Shown piece after piece: positions 1 through 7,150 of a stretch of 16,158 nucleotides of DNA. The translations under genes were made by a program, and so were the position numbers. The stretch is taken from positions 1 to 16,158 of the forward strand of contig JBBQPO010000138.1 in the NCBI GenBank assembly GCA_038217285.1, written 5' to 3'. Source of the DNA: Chthonomonadales bacterium (GTDB lineage Bacteria > Armatimonadota > Chthonomonadetes > Chthonomonadales > Chthonomonadaceae). Each line of letters starts with the position of its first letter. Within the stretch, counting starts at the first letter, position 1. The notes below the pieces were generated by a model. It was not told the origin of the DNA, did not search any database, and worked only from the letters and a program-made list of their open reading frames with translations.

Positions 1-192
1 GTTAGCACCCCTCGCTACGCGCCTCCGCCGGATCGTCCTTCGGACGGAGCGATATGAGAACCAGGGCCTTTCTGCTTTCGGCAAGCCAAGGGGTTAGCAC
101 CCCTCGCTACGCGCCTCCGCCGGACCGTCCTTCGGACGGAGCGATATGAGAACCAGGGCCTTTCTGCTTTCGGCAAGCCAAGGGGTTAGCAC
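1..192. repeat. Direct tandem repeat with a 92-bp unit, REP-like (two full copies, 8 bp of a third; probably continues left of the window)
   Basis: Bases 1-92 and 93-184 are identical except T33/C125, and GTTAGCAC starts again at 185-192. Hairpins: AGGGGT-TAGC-ACCCCT across the unit junction and CGTCC-TTCG-GACG within each unit. On the minus strand GTAG (plus-strand CTAC at 15-18 and 107-110) sits at the foot of the first hairpin. Confidence 0.95.
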
Positions 193-197
193 TTTGT

Positions 198-254
198 GTC
201 CGCGCAGGCGGACCTTCGGCCGAAGGCCCCTAGCGAAGGAATTTATTCCATCGT
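198..254 (+). repeat. Diverged REP-like element, inverted relative to the tandem copies
   Basis: It contains hairpin GTCCGC-GCAG-GCGGAC (198-213), perfect palindrome CCTTCGGCCGAAGG (213-226), CTAG (230-233) and hairpin CGAAGGAA-TTTA-TTCCATCG (234-253). The reverse complement of 223-239 (CCTTCGCTAGGGGCCTT) matches the tandem-unit segment CCCTCGCTACGCGCCTC at 13/17 positions. Confidence 0.6.
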
Positions 255-259
255 GTCCT

Positions 260-288
260 TTGCAGTTACCGTCTGTGTCTGGTAGACT
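260..288 (+). promoter_or_regulatory. Putative sigma70-type promoter with extended -10
   Basis: TTGCAG (260-265), a 17-bp spacer ending in TGG, then TAGACT (283-288). It lies about 60 bp upstream of the ATG at 350, which has SD AGGAGGA at 334-340. Confidence 0.6.
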
Positions 289-349
289 AGTCGTATCCAG
301 TTTTCAACGACAGTTTCAGGACAAGGGCTGAATAGGAGGATACGAATCG

Positions 350-3300
350 ATGCGCCGTAAGTTCAGGTTCAATCTCACCGCGTGGAGTATCCCTGCGTCG
401 GCTCTGGCATTTCTGTCTGTGCTGATGTGGGCGGGTGCGTCCGGCGGCTCCCGGTCGGCCCCGACCGCGCCGGAACTGGAAAAGCAGTTTGTGGGCACGG
501 TCCGGCCATTTATGCAGACCTACTGCGTCTCGTGCCACGGTAAGGTGAAACCGCAGGCCCAGCTCGACCTCACCGCCTATGCGAGTCTGGCGTCGGTGGC
601 GCGGGACTATCCCCACTGGTCGCTGGTGCTGGAAAAACTGGATGCGAAGCAGATGCCGCCCCCGAGCGTCGGCAAGCAGCCCTCGGCCCCGCAGCGGGAG
701 GCGGTCATCGCCTGGATCCGCGCCGTGCGGCAATATGAGGCGTTGCGGAATGCCGGGGACCCCGGACCTGTGACGGCGCGCCGTCTGAGCAACGCGGAGT
801 ACGACTACACCATCCGCGACCTCACTGGCCAGGATCTGCGCCCCACCCGAGAGTTTCCCGTGGACCCGGCGAACCAGGAAGGCTTCGATAACTCCGGCGA
901 GTCGCTCACCTTCTCCTCCGGATTGATGAAGAAATATATGCAGGCGGCGAAGAGCATCGCGGACAATCTGGTGCTGACCAATGCGGGCCTGGAGTTCGCC
1001 TCCCATCCGGTTCTGGCCGAGACGGATCGCGACAAATTCTGCATCCTGCGCATCGTCGATTTCTACAAGAAGCAGCCGACAGACTACGCGGACTACTTCC
1101 AGGCCGCCTGGCGGTATCGACACCGCGTGGCCCTCGGCGCTCCCAGTGCCACACTGCAGACCGTCGCCGCCGAAGCGAAGGTGAGCCCGCTCTATCTGGA
1201 TACCGTGTGGAAGACGCTGACCGCCCCCGGTGAGAAAGTCGGCCCTCTAGTCAGACTGCAGGCCCAGTGGAATGCGCTGCCCGCGCCGGAGAAGGGGCGC
1301 CCGGACGCGGCACACGCGGGATGCGTGGCGATGCGGGATTGGGTTCTGGGACTGCGTAAGAAAACAGCGAGCCATTTTGACAACCTGCGCGTACCGCGTG
1401 GGTTCTCCACGGGAGGTCAGGTTTTTGTCCTGTGGAAGGATCGGGAGTACGCCTCCCATCGCCGACAGCTCAATGCGACCGTACTGCAGGTCGGGGGCGT
1501 ACCCCACTCCCAGGTCGTACCCGGCCGGCGGAGGGGCGGTCAGATGCAGCCGGACAAGACGGTGATCGACCCCGTAGACCCCGACCTGTTCGTGCCGCAG
1601 GAAGAGGCCGCTCGCGCGCCCTACCTTGCGGCGTTCGCCCGGTTCTGCAGCGTCTTTCCGGATGCCTTTTATATCTCCGAGCGCGGCCGCATGTTCGTGG
1701 ACGATCCGGGCGATAAGGGTCGCCTCCTGACAGCAGGACTGCACAACTCGATGGGCTACTTCCGGGACGACACGCCCCTTATGGAGCAGATCCTGGATGA
1801 GAAGGGCCGACGTGATCTGGACCGGATGTGGCTGGATTTCGATACCGTCGCCTTCGTGCCGGAGCGCATGCATAAAGAGTTCTTCGTCTACGAGCGCGCC
1901 GAGTCCGGGACCATCAACGATCCCGAATTCAACTTCGTGCGTGCCGAAGACCCGGACTCAACGTCGGATGCCAAGATCAAACGACTGGCCGACCTCTACC
2001 TGGCCAAAGCCGTGCGGAACGGTGGCGAGCCGTTGGCGCTGAAGGCGATCGAGGACCACTTCAAGTGGGTCTCCACCCACATCCGGGCGACCGAGAAAGC
2101 GCGGATGGATGCAGAACCGGTGCAGCGCAAGGCGCTCGTCGCCTTCGCCCAGCGTGCCTATCGCCGTCCCCTCGCGGCGGCCGAAGGGGCGGACCTGCTC
2201 GCATTCTACCAGTCGCTGCGGAAAAAGGATGGCCTGACCCACGAGGACGCCATGCGGGACTGCGTCGTCAGCGTTCTGATGTCGCCGAAGTTCCTGTTCC
2301 GGCTGGATCTCGAAGCGTCGGATGATGCTCACAAGTCAGGGCCGGTCGCTGGCGTGCGGACAGTCGCGGCAATGGGAAAACCCGTTGCCGTCCCCCCAGT
2401 CGGCACTGTGCAGCCGCTGCCGGACTACGCCCTCGCGAGTCGCTTGAGCTATTTCCTCTGGGCCAGTATGCCGGACGCGGAGCTGCTCGCGCATGCCGCC
2501 GCCGGTGATCTCCATAGGCCGGAAGTGCTCGCCGCGCAGGCGCATCGGATGCAGAAGGATCCCCGCATCCGCGCGCTGGCGCTGGAGTTCGGGGGCAACT
2601 GGCTGGACTTCCGCCGTTTCGAAGAGGCCAATGCGGTGGATCGCAACCGGTTCCCCAGTTTTAACGACAACCTGCGCCAGGCGATGTTCGAGGAGCCGCT
2701 GCATTTCCTGGTCGATACATTCCAGAAGGATCGCTCCGTGCTGGATCTGCTCTATGGGAAGCACACCTTCGTGAATGCGGCCCTCGCCCGGCACTACGGG
2801 ATGACCGAGGTGAAGGTGACGGGAGACGCGTGGGTCCGTGTGGACAACGCCGAACGCTACGGGCGCGGCGGACTGCTGCCGATGGCGGTGTTTCTGACCC
2901 AGAACTCTCCCGGTCTGCGCACCAGCCCGGTAAAGCGCGGCAACTGGGTCGTCAAGCGCGTTCTGGGCGAATATATCCCGCCGCCGCCTGCCACGGTTCC
3001 CGCCCTGCCGAACGACGAGAGCAAGATGGGGAATCTGACCCTGCGGCAGGCGCTTGCGGCGCACCGCGCGAACCCGGCCTGCGCGGGATGCCACGCGCGG
3101 TTCGACTCTTATGGCCTTGTCTTCGAAGGCTATGGGCCGATCGGAGAGCTTCGCATTAAGGATCTCGGCGGCAAGCCCGTCGATGCGAACGCGCCGTTTC
3201 CAGGCGGTACGGAGCGCACGGGAGTGGCGGGACTGCAGGCGTTCATTCGCCAGCAGCGCCAGAAAGATTTTGTCGATACTTTTGGCCGCAAACTACTGTC

Positions 3301-3466
3301 TTATGCATTAGGACGCAGCCTTCAGCCTTCGGACGACCCTCTTCTCCAGCAGACTCAGCAGCGACTGGCTGCCGGAGGCTACCGCTTTGGGACACTCGTG
3401 GAGACCATTGTCACGAGCCGACAGTTCCGCAACCGACGCGCATCCGCTACATTAGCGAGGGACTAA
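350..3466 (+). CDS. DUF1592-family di-heme cytochrome c-type protein (planctomycete cytochrome c, DUF1587, large insert, DUF1595, DUF1592, DUF1588, DUF1585)
   Basis: 1038 aa with a strong SD and an N-terminal hydrophobic signal. Motifs: CVSCH (524-538) followed by MPP; RRLSNAEYDYTIRDL...GFDN; FAQRAYRRP; LASRLSYFLWASMPD; RTSPVKRGNWV; CAGCH (3080-3094); KLLSYALGR...IVTSRQF. It is adjacent to a DUF1552 gene, as is typical. Confidence 0.92.
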   Translation: MRRKFRFNLTAWSIPASALAFLSVLMWAGASGGSRSAPTAPELEKQFVGTVRPFMQTYCVSCHGKVKPQAQLDLTAYASLASVARDYPHWSLVLEKLDAKQMPPPSVGKQPSAPQREAVIAWIRAVRQYEALRNAGDPGPVTARRLSNAEYDYTIRDLTGQDLRPTREFPVDPANQEGFDNSGESLTFSSGLMKKYMQAAKSIADNLVLTNAGLEFASHPVLAETDRDKFCILRIVDFYKKQPTDYADYFQAAWRYRHRVALGAPSATLQTVAAEAKVSPLYLDTVWKTLTAPGEKVGPLVRLQAQWNALPAPEKGRPDAAHAGCVAMRDWVLGLRKKTASHFDNLRVPRGFSTGGQVFVLWKDREYASHRRQLNATVLQVGGVPHSQVVPGRRRGGQMQPDKTVIDPVDPDLFVPQEEAARAPYLAAFARFCSVFPDAFYISERGRMFVDDPGDKGRLLTAGLHNSMGYFRDDTPLMEQILDEKGRRDLDRMWLDFDTVAFVPERMHKEFFVYERAESGTINDPEFNFVRAEDPDSTSDAKIKRLADLYLAKAVRNGGEPLALKAIEDHFKWVSTHIRATEKARMDAEPVQRKALVAFAQRAYRRPLAAAEGADLLAFYQSLRKKDGLTHEDAMRDCVVSVLMSPKFLFRLDLEASDDAHKSGPVAGVRTVAAMGKPVAVPPVGTVQPLPDYALASRLSYFLWASMPDAELLAHAAAGDLHRPEVLAAQAHRMQKDPRIRALALEFGGNWLDFRRFEEANAVDRNRFPSFNDNLRQAMFEEPLHFLVDTFQKDRSVLDLLYGKHTFVNAALARHYGMTEVKVTGDAWVRVDNAERYGRGGLLPMAVFLTQNSPGLRTSPVKRGNWVVKRVLGEYIPPPPATVPALPNDESKMGNLTLRQALAAHRANPACAGCHARFDSYGLVFEGYGPIGELRIKDLGGKPVDANAPFPGGTERTGVAGLQAFIRQQRQKDFVDTFGRKLLSYALGRSLQPSDDPLLQQTQQRLAAGGYRFGTLVETIVTSRQFRNRRASATLARD

Positions 3467-3471
3467 ACACT

Positions 3472-4815
3472 ATGTCGAATCATGATCGAACGCCGGGCCG
3501 AACGCACTCCCGACGGCTTTTCCTCCGGGGCGCGGGTGTGGCCATGGCCCTGCCCTGGCTCGAATCCCTGCCCGTGTGGGGAGCCGCCGAAGAGGCGCCG
3601 AAGGCCGCCAGTACGCCGCCGAAGCGCTTCGTGGTCCAGTTCATGGGGACCGGGATCAACCCGGACCACTGGTGGGCGAAGGGTGAGGGCGCGACGATGG
3701 AGTTGAGCAAGACTCTGCAGCCCCTGGAGCCCTATAAGACGAAGCTCAACGTCATCAACGGGCTCTTCAACAAGCCTGCCACCGGCGTCGGAATCCACCC
3801 CGGCATGACCGGAAACCTGCTCTCGGGAATGCCTCTCACCAGGGGCGCGGTGCTGCATGGCGGCATCAGCATCGACCAGGTGCTGGCCGCGCGGCTCGGA
3901 CAGGATGCGGTTCAGCCGAGCCTGGTTCTGGCGTGCGAACAGCCCTTGACCGGCTACCACGAGTCGAACTTCTCGATGGCCTATAGCTCGCACATCTCCT
4001 GGCAGAGCGCGGACTCCCCCGTTCCCACGGAGGTCTATCCCTCCCTGGCGTTCGACAGCCTTTTCGAGAACAGCGGCAACCGGCGCATGGAGAGCATCCT
4101 GGACCGCGTCAGCGGGGAAGCGGCGGGCCTCCGCCGTCGAATCAGCGGGGACGACCGGGCCAAGCTGGACGAGTATCTGACCAGCGTGCGGGACGTCGAG
4201 CAGCGCGCCCAGAAGATGCGCGGCGACATGGGCAAGGCCGCCGACCGGGCGAGAGACAAAGGCAAGGCGCTGGTGGCGATGAAGCGGCCGGAGAACGGAC
4301 TGCCGGAAGACATCCGTGAGCATATGCGGCTGATGTGCGACGTCGTGGCGCTGGCGATCCAGACGGACAAGACCCGCATCGCCACGATGCTGATGTGCCG
4401 TGATCTCTCCGGGCTCTTCTACCCGTTCCTTGGAGTGCGAGACTCGCATCACCCCGCGTCTCACCACGACACCTCCGACGACTATCTGCGCATCACCCAG
4501 TACTATATCACCCAACTCGCCTACCTGGCCGCAAAGTTGCAGGCCATGCCGGAGGGACAGGCGACCGTGCTGGACAACACCTGCCTGCTCTGGCTCTCCA
4601 ACATGTTCTCCGGCTCAATTCACGACAACTCGAAGCTTCCCATCCTGACGATAGGGGGTCTGGGCGGAACCCTGGCGACCGGCCGCGTGCTGGACTACCG
4701 CGACAAGGGCGACGAGAACCGCAAACTCTGCAGCCTCTACCTCTCGCTGATGGACAAATTCGGCGTGAAGCTGGAGCACTTTGGCGACGCCGACACCCGT
4801 CTCGCCGCAATATAG
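3472..4815 (+). CDS. DUF1552 (HXXSHH) family protein, Tat-exported
   Basis: 447 aa, starting 5 bp after the upstream stop. Twin-arginine signal SRRLFLRGAGVAMALPWLESL (from 3508). Family motifs SIDQVLA, SILDRV, KLDEYLTSVRDVE, HPASHH (4450-4467) and TVLDN. Confidence 0.92.
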   Translation: MSNHDRTPGRTHSRRLFLRGAGVAMALPWLESLPVWGAAEEAPKAASTPPKRFVVQFMGTGINPDHWWAKGEGATMELSKTLQPLEPYKTKLNVINGLFNKPATGVGIHPGMTGNLLSGMPLTRGAVLHGGISIDQVLAARLGQDAVQPSLVLACEQPLTGYHESNFSMAYSSHISWQSADSPVPTEVYPSLAFDSLFENSGNRRMESILDRVSGEAAGLRRRISGDDRAKLDEYLTSVRDVEQRAQKMRGDMGKAADRARDKGKALVAMKRPENGLPEDIREHMRLMCDVVALAIQTDKTRIATMLMCRDLSGLFYPFLGVRDSHHPASHHDTSDDYLRITQYYITQLAYLAAKLQAMPEGQATVLDNTCLLWLSNMFSGSIHDNSKLPILTIGGLGGTLATGRVLDYRDKGDENRKLCSLYLSLMDKFGVKLEHFGDADTRLAAI

Positions 4816-4852
4816 AGGGGGCAGAGAGCGTTAGATAGGGTGAACTCTTTCG

Positions 4853-6271
4853 ATGCGATCAAACGAAAATAGGGAAGCCACCGTCGGTGGTTTCGGCATC
4901 TTCAACACGGGGGTGAATGAGGAGCGCATCGAGAGCATTCTGGAAGGGATGACCGATGCGTTTCTTGTGCTGGATAGAGAGTGGCGCATCTGTTTCATGA
5001 ACCGCGAAGCCGCTCGTCTTAACGGCAAGGCGGCCGCAGAGTTCCTGGGTAAAACCCATTGGGAAGAGTGGCCGGCCTCGGTGGGTACGCCTGTAGAAGC
5101 CGCGTACCGCCGCGCAATGGCCGAGCAGGTCACGGTCCACCTCGAATATCACTACCGGGATGCGGCCCGGGATGTCTGGCTCGAAATCGCCGCGTACCCT
5201 ACGGAAGAGAGTCTGGGCATCTTCTACCGCGACATTGGCGAGCGCAAGCAGGCTGAGGAAGCGCTTCGACACAGTGAAGAGCGCTTTCGGGCCGCAGCAT
5301 TGGCCGTCGGCGATATCGTCTGGACGAATAGCCCGACCGGTCAGATGGCAGGGGAGCAGGCGGGATGGGCCGCGTTTACCGGGCAGAGTTGCGCCCAGTA
5401 CCAGGGATATGGATGGGCCGACGCCGTGCATCCGGACGACGCGCAACCGACCCTCGACGCCTGGAACGAGGCGGTCGCCGCGCGGAAGATGTTTGTCTTC
5501 GAGCATCGCCTGCGTCGTTATAATGGAGTCTGGCGGCTTTTCTCCATTCGTGCTGTGCCTGTTTTAAACGTGGACGGAAGCATCCGTGAATGGGTCGGGG
5601 TCCATACCGACATCACGGCGCGCAGGAAGAGCGATAACGAGATCGAAGCCCTCAACGCGCGTTTGCGCCGCGCGATGACGGAGACGCACCACCGGGTCAA
5701 GAACAACCTTCAACTGATGGTGGCGCTGATCGAGATGCAGCGGATGAGCAGCACGGACACGGTTCCGGTCATCACCCTACTGCGTCTGGAGCAGAACATT
5801 CAGGCGCTGGGCGTCATTCACGACCTGCTCACCACGGAAGCCAAAGAAGATGGCGATGCGGCGTTCCTCTCCGCAAAACACGTCCTGGAAAGGTTCCTGC
5901 CGATCCTGCAGGAAACCCTGGGGGCACGCCGTCTAACTGCGGAGATAGAAGAGATCTCCTTGCCCGGCAAACAGGCTACCATGCTCGCTATTATCGCGAA
6001 CGAGCTTGTTTCGAATGCTGTGAAGCATGGCCGGGGGGAGATCGAACTCAGGCTGCGCGCCGCAGAGAGCCACGCCGTCCTGGAAGTCAGTGACGCTGGC
6101 CCCGGCTTCGCCGCAGGATTTGATCCTGCGACAGCCGCGAACACGGGCCTGGAACTCATCGAGAGTATAACCCGCTACGATCTACGCGGCGAGACTTTTT
6201 ACGAGAACCGGCAAGAGGGCGGCGCGCGCATCGTCATCGTCTTTCCCATCGAACGTCCTGAATCACCATGA
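4853..6271 (+). CDS. Soluble PAS-PAS sensor histidine kinase, HisKA_2 type
   Basis: Two PAS domains (ILEGMTDAFLVLDREWRI...; ...AVHPDD...EWVGVHTDIT). H-box ETHHRVKNNLQ, N-box NELVSNAVKHG, G1 VSDAGPGF, G2-like TGLELI. No transmembrane segment. The start could instead be GTG at 4913. Confidence 0.92.
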   Translation: MRSNENREATVGGFGIFNTGVNEERIESILEGMTDAFLVLDREWRICFMNREAARLNGKAAAEFLGKTHWEEWPASVGTPVEAAYRRAMAEQVTVHLEYHYRDAARDVWLEIAAYPTEESLGIFYRDIGERKQAEEALRHSEERFRAAALAVGDIVWTNSPTGQMAGEQAGWAAFTGQSCAQYQGYGWADAVHPDDAQPTLDAWNEAVAARKMFVFEHRLRRYNGVWRLFSIRAVPVLNVDGSIREWVGVHTDITARRKSDNEIEALNARLRRAMTETHHRVKNNLQLMVALIEMQRMSSTDTVPVITLLRLEQNIQALGVIHDLLTTEAKEDGDAAFLSAKHVLERFLPILQETLGARRLTAEIEEISLPGKQATMLAIIANELVSNAVKHGRGEIELRLRAAESHAVLEVSDAGPGFAAGFDPATAANTGLELIESITRYDLRGETFYENRQEGGARIVIVFPIERPESP

Positions 6272-6295
6272 CCGCGCCTCAAAAGGAGGTTTCTC

Positions 6296-7126
6296 ATGTC
6301 CCCATTACCCTGGCTCGTCTTCTGTGTGACATTTGTATTCTCACCGGTCGATGCCACCGTCCGGAAATCCTCTCTGCCGGAGGATCTTTACGCATGGATC
6401 AAGGTGGCGCCGCCGAAGGCAGGATCGGACGCCTGGAATGCGGCGCGCGATTCCGAATACGAGTGGCAGGTAGAGATGAAAAATGGACGCCCTATCGCCC
6501 GTCGGAGGAGTCCGAAGGCGGAAGAGGAGTCTGCGTTGCCGGTCCTGATCAAACGTACTCGCGGTCCGCACCCCGAGCCCGGCGAGATACACGCGGTCAA
6601 GGTGACGGATGGCTGGCTTATCGCCTTCAATGCGGGAGAAGGCGGAGGCAGTCTGTGGTGGTATGGCGCCGATGGGAGACAGAGCTACAAGGTGTCCAAC
6701 GATCGGATATCTCAGTTCCTGCCGAACAATCGGAGCCTTTTCGCGCTGGAAGGTCTGGCGAATTTTAACTCCTCCCGTGGTCAGATTGTACAGCTTCGAC
6801 AAAACGGGCAAGGGCAGTGGATCTCTACCCAGTTTTTCGATCTGGGGCATGCCCCGGACGTCGGCCTGGTGGACAGCGGCGGCGACTTTATCGTCAGCAC
6901 TACCGACACCCTCGTTCGCGTCCATCCGGATAAGACCGAGACGGTGCTGCTGCCGAAGGTGTTTTGGGGCGGACTGTCTCCACGCTCGATGGCACTTAGC
7001 CCCACCGGCGACATCTACCTGGGAATGCACCACGGCGTCAGCATCGTCTACCCACTCAACCACGCCTACGTGGCGGACTGGCTCCTGCCCAACAAAGACT
7101 TCGTTCGAGCCAAACCAAAGAACTGA
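6296..7126 (+). CDS. Hypothetical secreted protein, beta-rich and possibly a beta-propeller
   Basis: 276 aa with SD AAGGAGGT at 6283-6290. Hydrophobic N-terminus ending VDA. Short strand-turn units DGWLIAFNAGEGGGSLWWYGADG, GDFIVST and GDIYLGM. Confidence 0.75.
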   Translation: MSPLPWLVFCVTFVFSPVDATVRKSSLPEDLYAWIKVAPPKAGSDAWNAARDSEYEWQVEMKNGRPIARRRSPKAEEESALPVLIKRTRGPHPEPGEIHAVKVTDGWLIAFNAGEGGGSLWWYGADGRQSYKVSNDRISQFLPNNRSLFALEGLANFNSSRGQIVQLRQNGQGQWISTQFFDLGHAPDVGLVDSGGDFIVSTTDTLVRVHPDKTETVLLPKVFWGGLSPRSMALSPTGDIYLGMHHGVSIVYPLNHAYVADWLLPNKDFVRAKPKN

Positions 7127-7150
7127 CGTGAAAGTTCGAAGGAGGATCCT

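Noticed and set aside
1-192. CRISPR array
   Set aside because: The whole 92-bp unit repeats with no unique spacers, and no cas genes are in the window.
146-331. 61-aa ORF
   Set aside because: It starts inside the repeat, crosses the hairpins and promoter, and has no protein-like features.
350-379. Tat signal (MRRKF) on the DUF1592 protein
   Set aside because: The match to S/T-R-R-x-F-L-K is only partial, and c-type cytochromes are normally Sec-exported before heme attachment.
3463-4515. 350-aa antisense ORF, and similar ones at 287-1123, 2336-3094 and 6341-7063
   Set aside because: These are shadow ORFs opposite well-supported genes, expected in high-GC DNA, and have no motifs.
6268-6768. 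166-aa ORF overlapping the kinase stop (ATGA)
   Set aside because: The overlapping frame starting at 6296 has a strong SD, a signal peptide and protein-like composition.
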